This document shows, piece after piece, positions 46,880-55,637 of a stretch of DNA of 64,000 nucleotides; within the stretch, counting starts at the first letter, position 1, and the number at the start of each line of letters is the position of its first letter. The notes beneath the pieces are model-generated. The model made no database searches. It was not told the DNA's origin and was given only the letters and a program-made list of their open reading frames with translations. This DNA comes from Myxococcota bacterium (GTDB taxonomy: Bacteria > Myxococcota_A > UBA9160 > UBA6930), in NCBI GenBank assembly GCA_965223415.1, contig OZ245002.1:4288001-4352000 (forward strand), read 5' to 3'. The position numbers were made by a program, and so were the translations under genes.

Positions 46880-47953
46880 CTACCAGTTCCCAAGGGTGGC
46901 GATGCGTTCGCGATGGGTTTCCGGCGTACCCAGGTACTGGCGGTCGAACAGCGCGCGCTTGAACCAGATCTGGGCGTCGCACTCCCAGGTCATGCCGATG
47001 CCTCCATGGATCTCGATCGCCGCGCGGGCCGTGTCCATCACGCGATCGGTGATGTGGGCCTTGGCGAGGGCGGCGGCCCGCGCGCTCTCGGCGGGCAGGT
47101 GGTCGAAGGCGTGGGCGGCGTACCAGTAGAGCCCGCGGGTGGGGTCGACGTCGAGGGCCATGTCGGCGAGCTGGTGCTTCACGGCCTGGAAGCTGCCGAT
47201 GGCGCGACCGAACTGCTCGCGGGTCGTCGCGTACTCGACCGACATCCGCACCAGGCGATGCCCGGCGCCGAAGGCGTCCGCGGCCAGCAGCACGAGGCCC
47301 GCGTCCCGCAGCCGTTCCCCGGTGCCGGGAGCCAGGGGCTCGGCGGCGGCGCCGTCGAGGGTCAGCTCGAAGAGGCGGCGGCCGCGGTCGAGGGTGTCGG
47401 TCTCGCTCCAGCGCACGCCGTCGGAGGTCGCGTCGACCAGAGCCAGGCGGCCGCCGCGTCCGCCGACCACGACGAGCCCGGCCTCGGGCCCGGCGGGCAC
47501 CAGGGTCTTCACGCCGCGGGCGGCTCCGTCGGCCACGAGGGCGGTCCACCGGGACGGGTCCCAGCCACCGGTCGTCTCGCCCAGGGCCACCGTGCCCAGG
47601 GTGTCGCCGGAGGCGAGCCGGGGTAGCCAGCGCTCTTTCTGGGTCTCGCTGCCACCCTGCACCAACGCCAGGGAGGCGAGGGTGTGGCCCAGGAAGGGCA
47701 CGGGAACGGCGCCGCGCCCCAGCTCCTCCGACACGAGCGCACTCTCGAGCAGCTCGAGCCCGGCGCCGCCGTAGCTCTCGGGAATCAACAGGCCGCCGAG
47801 ACCCATCTCGAGCAGGCCCTTCCAAAGGGCCGGGTCGGAGCCGCTGTCGCCGTCGAAGACCTCCCGCACCTTCGGAGCGGGGCACTCGTTCTCGGCAAAG
47901 CTGCGGACCGTCTCCTGGAGGAGCTCCTGCTCCTCGGACAGCGCGAAATCCAT
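46880..47953 (-). CDS. Acyl-CoA dehydrogenase (short partner subunit)
   Basis: MDFALSEEQ, REQFGRAIGSFQAVKH, HGGIGMTWE. Confidence 0.92.
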   Translation of the reverse strand: MDFALSEEQELLQETVRSFAENECPAPKVREVFDGDSGSDPALWKGLLEMGLGGLLIPESYGGAGLELLESALVSEELGRGAVPVPFLGHTLASLALVQGGSETQKERWLPRLASGDTLGTVALGETTGGWDPSRWTALVADGAARGVKTLVPAGPEAGLVVVGGRGGRLALVDATSDGVRWSETDTLDRGRRLFELTLDGAAAEPLAPGTGERLRDAGLVLLAADAFGAGHRLVRMSVEYATTREQFGRAIGSFQAVKHQLADMALDVDPTRGLYWYAAHAFDHLPAESARAAALAKAHITDRVMDTARAAIEIHGGIGMTWECDAQIWFKRALFDRQYLGTPETHRERIATLGNW

Positions 47954-48002
47954 GAAGCCTCTCCGACCCCCGCCGTTGCCCGGCGTCGGGCGCGGACCTA
48001 CT

Positions 48003-48024
48003 TTACTGATTCCTTTGTCATTAT
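48003..48024. promoter_or_regulatory. Putative LuxR/SmcR-type 22-bp operator
   Basis: TTACTGATTCCTTTGTCATTAT: AT-rich imperfect palindrome between the divergent ACAD and TetR genes. Confidence 0.6.
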
Positions 48025-48041
48025 CGAGGGAGCCCCCCGGC

Positions 48042-48647
48042 GTGAGCGCCAGCCCGGAACCCGTCCGCCGCCGCCTGCCGCCCCAACAGCGGCGCGCACA
48101 GCTCCTGGACACGGCCCTCGAGGTGTTCGCCGAGCAGGGTCTCGGCCGGGCGCGGCACGCCGAGATCGCGAAGCGCGCCGGCGTCGCGGTGTCGACGGTG
48201 TTCCTCTACTTCCCGACCCGGGCGGAGCTCGTGCAGGCCGTCCTCGACGAAGTCGACGGCTTCTTCACGGCGCTCTCCGACCGCATTCACGGCATGGACG
48301 CGCCCTGTCGCGACGTCCTTCGCGAGCACGGTCGCGCCTTCATCGCGTCGATCGACTCGCATCCGCACCACGTGCGCATCTGGCTGGACTGGAGCACGAG
48401 CTTCCGAGAGGAGATCTTCGAGGGCTTCCTCGATTTCACCGAGCGGCTGGTGCGAAGCCACGCGCGCACGCTCGCCCGGGGCCAGGTGGCGGGCGACGTG
48501 CGCCGCGACGTCGACCCGGACGCCTGCGCACGGCTCCTGGTGGGCACCGCCCAGATGATCGCGCAGCTCAAGCTCACCCATCCCCACGACGACGCCTGGC
48601 GCCGCTCGGCCGATACCCTGCTCGAAGCGGCGGCGCCGCGCCCCTGA
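48042..48647 (+). CDS. TetR-family regulator, Vibrio LuxR/HapR/SmcR-like
   Basis: RLPPQQRRAQLLDTALEVFAEQGLGRARHAEIA...TVFLYFPTRAELV and VRIWLDWSTSFREEIF; GAGGGAG before GTG. Confidence 0.88.
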   Translation: MSASPEPVRRRLPPQQRRAQLLDTALEVFAEQGLGRARHAEIAKRAGVAVSTVFLYFPTRAELVQAVLDEVDGFFTALSDRIHGMDAPCRDVLREHGRAFIASIDSHPHHVRIWLDWSTSFREEIFEGFLDFTERLVRSHARTLARGQVAGDVRRDVDPDACARLLVGTAQMIAQLKLTHPHDDAWRRSADTLLEAAAPRP

Positions 48648-48661
48648 CCCGAGGAGCATCC

Positions 48662-49678
48662 GTGTCCGACCGAACGAACCGACGCCATGTGCTCGCCCAG
48701 CGCCCCCGCGGCGAGGTGGGCGACGAGTGCTTCCGCTTCGAGGAGACGGAGGTGCCCGCCCTCGCGGAAGGCGAGGCGCTGGTGCGGACCCTCTACGTCT
48801 CCCTCGATCCGACCATCCGCGGCTGGCTCGACGACGCGCCGGGCTACATGCCGCCGGTGCAGATCGGCGAAGTCGTGCGCTCGGGGGGCGTCGGCGAGGT
48901 CGTGGAGAGCCGGAGCGGCCGTTACAAGGTCGGCGATCGCCTGTTCGGCATGCCCGGCTGGCAGGAGCTGGCGGTGGCCGACGAGGGCGGGCGCGGGATG
49001 CAGACGCTTCCGCCCGGCGTGGAGCCCACTGACGCCCTCGGCGTCTTCGGCATCACCGGCATGACCGCCTACTTCGGCATGCTCGAGATCGGCCAGCCGA
49101 ACGACGGCGACACGGTCTTCGTCTCCGGTGCCGCCGGCGCCACGGGCTCGGTGGCGGGGCAGATCGCGAAGATCCAGGGCTGCCGGGTGGTCGGCACCGC
49201 GGGCACCGACGAGAAGTGCCGCTGGGTCACCGACGAGCTCGGCTTCGACGCCTGCATCAACTACCGGACGGAGGACGTGGGCGCCGGCCTGGACGCCGCC
49301 TGTCCCGACGGCATCGACGTCTACTTCGACAACGTCGGCGGCGAGATCCTCCAGCTGGCCCTCGCCCGCCTCAACCAGGGCGCCCGCATCGCGCTCTGCG
49401 GCGGCATCTCCGGCTACAACGCGACGAAGCCCGAGCCCGGGCCGAACAACCTGATGCAGCTCATCCTGAAGCGCGCGCGGATGGAGGGCTTCCTCGTGCT
49501 CGACTACATGCCGCGCTTCCCGGAGGCCATGGCCCGGATGGCGCCCTGGGTCGCGGAGGGCAAGGTCAACAACCGGGTGACCGTCGTGGACGGCCTGGAG
49601 AACACCCCGGGCGCCTTCCGGCAGCTCTTCAGCGGCGGCAACACGGGAAAGCTGCTCGTCCGTGTCGCCGGAGCCTGA
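48662..49678 (+). CDS. NADP-dependent oxidoreductase (CurA/prostaglandin reductase-like MDR)
   Basis: SLDPTIRGW, GMTAYFG, VSGAAGATGS, YFDNVGG, GGNTGKL. Confidence 0.93.
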   Translation: MSDRTNRRHVLAQRPRGEVGDECFRFEETEVPALAEGEALVRTLYVSLDPTIRGWLDDAPGYMPPVQIGEVVRSGGVGEVVESRSGRYKVGDRLFGMPGWQELAVADEGGRGMQTLPPGVEPTDALGVFGITGMTAYFGMLEIGQPNDGDTVFVSGAAGATGSVAGQIAKIQGCRVVGTAGTDEKCRWVTDELGFDACINYRTEDVGAGLDAACPDGIDVYFDNVGGEILQLALARLNQGARIALCGGISGYNATKPEPGPNNLMQLILKRARMEGFLVLDYMPRFPEAMARMAPWVAEGKVNNRVTVVDGLENTPGAFRQLFSGGNTGKLLVRVAGA

Positions 49679-50222
49679 GCGGCGTGGGCCGATCCGCGTG
49701 GGCGTCTCGACCTGCCTGCTCGGCGAGTCCGTGCGCTACGACGGCGGACACAAGCGGGAGCGCTTCGTCGCCGAGGAGCTGGCCGGAGCCGTCGAGCTGG
49801 TTCCGGTGTGCCCGGAGGTCGAGCTCGGGCTGGGCGTGCCCCGGGAGCCGATCCGGCTCGTCGGGTCGCCGGACGGCCTGCGCCTGGTCGGCGAAGCGAG
49901 CGGGCGGGACCACGGGGAGCGGATGCGGGCGTTCGCCCGGGAACGGGTGCGCCGGCTCGCCGGGCTCGGGCTCTGCGGCTACGTCCTGAAGAGCGGCTCG
50001 CCGAGCTGCGGCCTCGCGGCGGTGCCGGTCTGGGCCGGCGGGCCCGAAGGGGAGGGCGAGCTTCGTCTCGACGGGCGGGGCCTGTTCGCCGCCGCCCTCT
50101 GCGACGGGTTGCCGGACCTGCCGGTGGAGGAGGAGCATCGGCTCCGGGAGCCCGCTCGCCGCGAGCGCTGGCTCGCGCGCGTGCGGGCGTTCCACCGCCG
50201 GGCCCGGGGAGGACATCCGTGA
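49662..50222 (+). CDS. DUF523 / 2-thiouracil desulfurase-like Fe-S protein
   Basis: VSTCLLGESVRYDG, PVCPEVELGLGVPRE, LKSGSPSCG. Confidence 0.9.
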   Translation: MSPEPERRGPIRVGVSTCLLGESVRYDGGHKRERFVAEELAGAVELVPVCPEVELGLGVPREPIRLVGSPDGLRLVGEASGRDHGERMRAFARERVRRLAGLGLCGYVLKSGSPSCGLAAVPVWAGGPEGEGELRLDGRGLFAAALCDGLPDLPVEEEHRLREPARRERWLARVRAFHRRARGGHP

Positions 50223-50938
50223 AGCGAGTGCTCGTCGGTCTCCTGGTCCTGGTCGTCCTGCTGGCGGCCGGCCTCTGGGGCTGGCTGCGGTGGTACGGCG
50301 CGCGCAGCCAGGACCCGACCTTCTTCGAGGACTCGATCGCCGCCTTCGAGGCGGAGGACCGCGCGATGTCGCCGCCGCACCCGGTGGTGGTGTTCACCGG
50401 GAGCTCGAGCGTGCGGCTGTGGTCGAGCCTCGAGCGGGACATGGCTCCCATCCCCGTGCTGAACCGCGGCTTCGGCGGATCCCAGATGAGCCACGTCGTC
50501 TACTTCGCCGAGAGCGTGATCAACGCCTACCGGCCCACGGCGGTCGTGGTCTACGCCGGTGACAACGACCTCGACTCCCGCACCGGCAAGACCGCGGAGA
50601 CGGTGCTCGCGGACTTTCGCGAGCTGGTCGGCATCGTTCATGCCGGGCTTCCCGAGACGCGCATCTACTACCTGACCATCAAGCCCTCGAAACTGCGCTG
50701 GGACCGCTGGCCGGAGATGACCCGGGCGAACGAGGCGATCGCCGCCTTCGCCGCCGGCGATTCACGGCTCGGTGTGATCGACATCGGCCCCGCGACCCTG
50801 GGGCCCGACGGGACGCCTCGTGACGACGTCTTCATCTTCGACGGCCTGCACCTGAACGCGACCGGTTACGCTGCCTGGACCGAGGTGGTGCGCGCCGCCC
50901 TGCTGGCCGACCCCGCCGTCCAGGCGATCCTGCCGTAG
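50219..50938 (+). CDS. SGNH/GDSL-family hydrolase, membrane-anchored
   Basis: FTGSSS, NRGFGGS, YAGDND, DGLH. Confidence 0.9.
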   Translation: MKRVLVGLLVLVVLLAAGLWGWLRWYGARSQDPTFFEDSIAAFEAEDRAMSPPHPVVVFTGSSSVRLWSSLERDMAPIPVLNRGFGGSQMSHVVYFAESVINAYRPTAVVVYAGDNDLDSRTGKTAETVLADFRELVGIVHAGLPETRIYYLTIKPSKLRWDRWPEMTRANEAIAAFAAGDSRLGVIDIGPATLGPDGTPRDDVFIFDGLHLNATGYAAWTEVVRAALLADPAVQAILP

Positions 50939-50946
50939 GAGGCCCC

Positions 50947-52089
50947 ATGCGACGAGAGATCTTCAGCGAGGAGCACGACCTCTTCCGCGAGCAGTTCCGG
51001 CGCTTCGTCCAGGAAGAAGTGGAGCCCCACGTCCAGGCGTGGAACGAGGCCGGCATCACCCCGCGCCGGATCTGGAAGCGGATGGGCGAAGAGGGCTATC
51101 TGGGCGCGAACCAGCCCGAGGCCTACGGCGGCGCCGGCGGCGATTTCCTGTTCGACGCGGTCATCATGGAGGAGCTGGCCTACGCCCGCGCCCACGCACT
51201 CCAGGCTTCCCTGCACACGGACATCTGCGTTCCCTACCTCACGACCTACGCCACCGAGGAGCAGAAGCAGCGTTGGCTGGTGCCGGCCATCGCCGGCGAC
51301 TGCCTCGTCGCCATCGCCATGACCGAGCCCGGCACGGGCTCCGACCTCGCCGCCGTGCAGACGAAGGCGATCCGCGAAGGCGACGAGTACGTGGTGAACG
51401 GCGCCAAGACCTTCATCTCGAACGGACAGAACTGCGACCTGGTGATCGTCGTGGCCAAGACCGATCCGGAGAAGCGGCACGACGGGATCAGCCTGCTGCT
51501 CGTCGAGGCCGATACAGAGGGCTTCGAGCGCGGGCGCAATCTGGCCAAGATCGGCCTCAAGGGCCAGGACACGAGCGAGCTCTTCTTCCGGGAATGCAGG
51601 GTGCCCGCGGAGAACCTGCTGGGCCAGGAGGGGCAGGGCTTCAAGATGTTGATGGAGAAGCTGCAGCAGGAGCGCCTGTGCATCGGCGTCGGCTCCGTGG
51701 CCAGCGCGCGCCGCTCCCTCGACGACACCCTGGCCTACGTGAAGGAGCGCCAGGCCTTCGGCCAGCCCATTGGCCGCTTCCAGAACACGCAGTTCAAGCT
51801 GGCAGAGCTGGTGACGGAGATGGAGATCGGCCAGGCCTTCGTCGACCGGCTGCTCCAGGCCCACGTGCGCGGTGACGAGATCGTCTCCGAGGTGAGCATG
51901 GCCAAGTGGTGGTGCAGCGATCTCCAGAAGAAGGTCGCCGCCGAGTGCCTCCAGCTCCACGGCGGCTACGGCTTCATGGAGGAGTACCCGATCTCCAGCG
52001 ACTACCAGGACGCCGCCGTCCAGAGCATCTACGCCGGAAGCAACGAGATCATGAAGGTGATCATCGCCCGACGGTTGGGGCTGGGCTGA
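50947..52089 (+). CDS. Acyl-CoA dehydrogenase (long-chain-like)
   Basis: IAMTEPGTGSDL, NGAKTFISNG, LQQERL, HGGYG, IYAGSNEIMK. Confidence 0.95.
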   Translation: MRREIFSEEHDLFREQFRRFVQEEVEPHVQAWNEAGITPRRIWKRMGEEGYLGANQPEAYGGAGGDFLFDAVIMEELAYARAHALQASLHTDICVPYLTTYATEEQKQRWLVPAIAGDCLVAIAMTEPGTGSDLAAVQTKAIREGDEYVVNGAKTFISNGQNCDLVIVVAKTDPEKRHDGISLLLVEADTEGFERGRNLAKIGLKGQDTSELFFRECRVPAENLLGQEGQGFKMLMEKLQQERLCIGVGSVASARRSLDDTLAYVKERQAFGQPIGRFQNTQFKLAELVTEMEIGQAFVDRLLQAHVRGDEIVSEVSMAKWWCSDLQKKVAAECLQLHGGYGFMEEYPISSDYQDAAVQSIYAGSNEIMKVIIARRLGLG

Positions 52090-52373
52090 GGTCACCCATC
52101 TGGCGCTGGCCCTGGTCCGGCATGGCCGGCCGTCCGGGCGGCCCCGCTAGCCCTCGCGGGTCCTCCACTCCTGCACGCCCCCGCCGCGGCGACCGCGTCT
52201 CCGTTGCGTCCAGGGTGGCTGGGCTGAGGCGCGGCAGCGGCCTGTTCTCCCACGCGGGGTCCCTGCGGGGCTCGCAATCCGCTCGCAATGCGCAGCGGAT
52301 GTGACGTTTCGCGGCCGGCCGTCATTGGTCTCTCCGGAGGGCATGGAACCCACGCTCTCGGGAGGAACCGAAG

Positions 52374-53831
52374 ATGGACTGGACGAACCTCTTGAACTCG
52401 ATCCAGGAGGCGCTCGGTGCGACGGTGCCCGGCATCGCCGGCGCGCTCCTGATCGCGGTCGTCGGCTGGATCGCGGCGCTCGTCCTGCGCGCGATCGTGC
52501 GCCGCGGCCTGGGTGCGGCCGGGCTGAACCGGCGCCTGGCGGCGGGCACCGAGATCTCGGTCGACGCCGAGAACGGAGTGGCCAAGGGGGTGTACTGGGT
52601 GGTGCTGGCGATGGTCGGCGTGGCGTTCTTCAACGCCCTCGACCTGAACCAGGCCTCCGGCTCGCTCCAGCAGCTGGTGGACCAGGTGATGGTCTTCCTG
52701 CCCAAGCTCGTGGCCGGTGGCGTACTGCTGGGGGTGGCGATGCTGCTCGCGACCGGTGTGCGCATGCTCTCGACCCGGGCTCTGGCGGCGACCACGCTGG
52801 ACGAGCGGCTCACCCAGGAAGCCGGCATCGCGCCGCCGAGCGCGAGCATCGGCAACGTCCTCTACGGGCTGGTGTTGTTGCTCTTCCTTCCGGCGATCCT
52901 CGGCGTCCTCGAGCTCGGCGGGCTGCTCGCGCCCGTGCAGACCATGGTGGACGAGATCCTGGGCCACCTGCCCAACGTGTTCGGGGCCGGCGTGCTGGGC
53001 GTCGCTGGCTGGTTCGTCGCGCGGCTGCTCCGCGACCTGGTGCAGAACCTGCTTTCGGCCACCGGCGCCGACCGGCTCGGCGAGCGCGCGGGCCTCCAGG
53101 GCAACACCACGCTCTCGGGCCTCGCCGGCCTCCTGGTCTACATCTTCGTGCTGGTGCCCGCCCTCATCGCCGCTCTCAACGTCCTGGCGATCGACGCGAT
53201 CTCCGCGCCGGCGACGGAGATGCTCGGCCAGTTCATGGCGGCCATTCCGAACCTGTTCGCGGCGGGCATCATCCTCGCGGTGGCCTGGATCGTGTCGAAC
53301 TTCGTGGCGGGGCTCCTCGAGTCGCTCCTCGGCGGGATGGGCTTCGATCGACTGCCGGAAACCCTGGGAGTCGCCAGCGTGATGCCCGCCGGCGCGACCC
53401 TCTCCAGTGTTGCCAGCCGCGTGCTGGTGTTCTTCGTGATGCTCTTCGCGCTCGTGGAGGCAGCCGCCCGTCTCGGCTTCGAGCAGATGTCCGGACTGGT
53501 CGGCATGCTCATTGCCTTCGGCGGCGACGTGCTGCTCGGGATCACGATCATCGCGGTCGGAGTGTGGATCTCGAACCTGGCTTCGGACGCGGTGGCGCGC
53601 GTTCGCGGAGGTGGTGCCGGGGGCGTCGCGGGCATCGTTCGCTTCGGCATCCTCGGCATCGTGGTGGCGATGGGCCTGCGCGCCATGGGGCTCGCAGACT
53701 CGATCGTGAACATGGCCTTCGGCCTCACCCTCGGCGCCGTGGCCGTGGCGGTCGCGCTCTCCTTCGGCCTCGGTGGCCGAGAGGCGGCGGGCCGGCAGAT
53801 GGAACACTGGCTGGGTCAGCTTCGGAGCTAG
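52374..53831 (+). CDS. Conserved TM-helix-repeat membrane protein (CmpX/MscS-associated repeats)
   Basis: Repeated (L/I)P(N/K)(L/V)..A..l...gW...  units; C-terminal ALSFGLGGREAA; GGAGG RBS. Confidence 0.85.
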   Translation: MDWTNLLNSIQEALGATVPGIAGALLIAVVGWIAALVLRAIVRRGLGAAGLNRRLAAGTEISVDAENGVAKGVYWVVLAMVGVAFFNALDLNQASGSLQQLVDQVMVFLPKLVAGGVLLGVAMLLATGVRMLSTRALAATTLDERLTQEAGIAPPSASIGNVLYGLVLLLFLPAILGVLELGGLLAPVQTMVDEILGHLPNVFGAGVLGVAGWFVARLLRDLVQNLLSATGADRLGERAGLQGNTTLSGLAGLLVYIFVLVPALIAALNVLAIDAISAPATEMLGQFMAAIPNLFAAGIILAVAWIVSNFVAGLLESLLGGMGFDRLPETLGVASVMPAGATLSSVASRVLVFFVMLFALVEAAARLGFEQMSGLVGMLIAFGGDVLLGITIIAVGVWISNLASDAVARVRGGGAGGVAGIVRFGILGIVVAMGLRAMGLADSIVNMAFGLTLGAVAVAVALSFGLGGREAAGRQMEHWLGQLRS

Positions 53832-53835
53832 TCCG

Positions 53836-53867
53836 GAGGAGGGGGCGGGGGGACCCGCCCCCTCCTC
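53836..53867 (+). terminator. 14-bp perfect stem with GGGA tetraloop (terminator or mRNA-stabilising hairpin)
   Basis: GAGGAGGGGGCGGG-GGGA-CCCGCCCCCTCCTC just after the stop codon; no U-tract. Confidence 0.6.
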
Positions 53868-53898
53868 GACCGGTGGCCGTCGGGACTACTCTCAGCCA

Positions 53899-54507
53899 GT
53901 GGAGAGGGGGAAGGCTGGCGGCGCTCCCGGCGCCGATTCGCCGGGCCGAGAGGCGCTGGACGACCACACGCTCGTCCAGCGAGCTCGGCTCGAGCTGCCC
54001 CGCCGGACGATCGCCTACCAAAGGCTCGTCGAACGTCACGCAGACGGGGTCTATCGGCGGGCCCATCGGCTGCTCGGCTCGCGGGAGGACGCGGAGGACG
54101 TGGTCCAGGACGTGATGCTCAGCGTGCTTCGGGGGTTGCCCGGGCTTCGGCCCGAGCAGCCCTTCTCGCACTGGCTCAGTCGGGTGACGACGAATGCCTG
54201 CCTGCTCACGCTGCGGCGGCGCGGCCAACGGGCGCGGCGGCGCGACGCCTTCGGCCGCGAGCCGCGGAACGGTGCGACCCATCCGCCCGGCGACCCCATG
54301 CTGCGCGAAGCGTTGGCTCGCGCACTCGAGGCGTTCCCCGAGGAGACCCGCATCGCCGTGGTGGGCCGCCTGCTCGAGGAGCGGAGCTACGTCGAGCTCG
54401 CACGGGAGCTCGGGCTCAGCGAGTCGGCCCTCAAGATGAGGGTCTCGCGGGCCTGCAGCGCGCTGCGAGAGCGTTTGGCACCGGAGGGCGGGGTCGATGG
54501 CGGATGA
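53899..54507 (+). CDS. ECF RNA polymerase sigma factor, SigX-like
   Basis: Region 2 DAEDVVQDVML...FSHWL, region 4 SYVELARELGLSESALKMRVSRA; GTG start with TACTCT 6 nt upstream. Confidence 0.88.
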   Translation: MERGKAGGAPGADSPGREALDDHTLVQRARLELPRRTIAYQRLVERHADGVYRRAHRLLGSREDAEDVVQDVMLSVLRGLPGLRPEQPFSHWLSRVTTNACLLTLRRRGQRARRRDAFGREPRNGATHPPGDPMLREALARALEAFPEETRIAVVGRLLEERSYVELARELGLSESALKMRVSRACSALRERLAPEGGVDGG

Positions 54508-54787
54508 ATCGCGCGCTGGACGGCGCGACGTGCGCGACGACGAGGGGGCTCTGCGCGACCTGTTCGCGGACCCCCTCTCGTTGGGGGAGCCCCCGCCGCC
54601 GCCCGAGCGGGATCTCGTGGAGCAGGCCATGGATCAGGCCCGCGCGGAGATCCACGCCCGGGATTGGATCGACCTCACGACCCAGGTGCTCGTGCTGCGG
54701 TTCTTCGTGCCCATGCTCGAGCTGATCATGGGGAATCTGCTGCCCGCACACTCCCGGGAGGGGAACGATGAACGAGACGATGGCTGA
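54497..54787 (+). CDS. Small protein, CfrX/CrfX-like putative anti-sigma factor
   Basis: Overlaps the sigma gene; EGALRDLF...AMDQARAEIHARDWIDL then a hydrophobic segment; GGAGG RBS. Confidence 0.6.
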   Translation: MADESRAGRRDVRDDEGALRDLFADPLSLGEPPPPPERDLVEQAMDQARAEIHARDWIDLTTQVLVLRFFVPMLELIMGNLLPAHSREGNDERDDG

Positions 54788-55601
54788 CCGCGCGTCGGCC
54801 TGGGCCGAGCCCCTGACCCAGGCCGCCGCCCAGCTCGGCACGATGGCCGCGAACCTGATTCCGGACCTGGTCGGGGCCATCCTGCTGCTCCTGGTCGGGT
54901 GGGGTGCCGCCCGCGGCCTCGGGTGGCTCGTCGCTCGTGCCCTGGAGCGTCTCGGCTTCGACCGGGCCGTCGAGCGCCTCGCCGGGGACGCCCTGGGTCG
55001 GGTGGGCTTCGCGGGCTCGTCCGCCGCCGTGATGGGGCGCGTCGTCTACTGGATCGTGCTCCTCGCCTTCCTGATGGGCGCGGCCCAGGTCCTCGGCCTG
55101 GACGCCTTGACCGGCACGATCGAACGCCTCTTCGCCTACCTGCCCAACGTGCTGTCCGCCGCGATCATCGTGGTGCTGGGCGTGAGCGTCGCCCGGCTGG
55201 TCGGCGACGTCGTGACCTCCGGCGCCGGAGCGGCGAACCTGAGCTACGCCCGGCAGCTCGGCACCGCGGCGCGGGGTGCCTTCGTGGTGATGGTCGTGGT
55301 GACCGTGCTCGAGCAGCTGGGTGTCGACACGCGCGTGCTCCAGACGGCGATCACCGCGGTGCTGGCCATGATCGCGGTCGGCCTCGGCCTGAGCTTCGCC
55401 TTCGGCTCCGGCGATGTGGTGCGGGGGATCCTCGCTGGCCACTATGTCCGGCAGTCCCTGGAGGAGGGCCAGGAGGTCAGCGTCCGCGGCCGCCGCGGCC
55501 GTGTCGAGCGAATCGGGCCCGTCGAGACCCTGTTCCGGGACGGTTCCGGGAGCTGGAGCATCCCCAACGCCCAGCTGATGGCCGAAGTGATCGAGCGCTA
55601 A
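54768..55601 (+). CDS. cmpX: CmpX-like mechanosensitive-channel family membrane protein
   Basis: IPDLVGA, GRVVYWIVLL, YLPNV, ILAGHYVRQ..EEGQEV...GRVERIG MscS beta domain. Confidence 0.8.
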   Translation: MNETMADRASAWAEPLTQAAAQLGTMAANLIPDLVGAILLLLVGWGAARGLGWLVARALERLGFDRAVERLAGDALGRVGFAGSSAAVMGRVVYWIVLLAFLMGAAQVLGLDALTGTIERLFAYLPNVLSAAIIVVLGVSVARLVGDVVTSGAGAANLSYARQLGTAARGAFVVMVVVTVLEQLGVDTRVLQTAITAVLAMIAVGLGLSFAFGSGDVVRGILAGHYVRQSLEEGQEVSVRGRRGRVERIGPVETLFRDGSGSWSIPNAQLMAEVIER

Positions 55602-55637
55602 CGCAACAGGGAGGTTCTGGCGGGCTGGCTCGACGAG

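Noticed and set aside
52090..52373. Possible ncRNA or small gene in the 284-nt intergenic region
   Set aside because: Only a short GCTCGCAAT duplication is visible; no recognisable RNA motif or convincing ORF.
55599..55601. Stop-codon readthrough fusing CmpX to the PEP-CTERM tail
   Set aside because: CmpX ends at the expected family length, TAA is rarely read through, and the fusion topology makes little sense.
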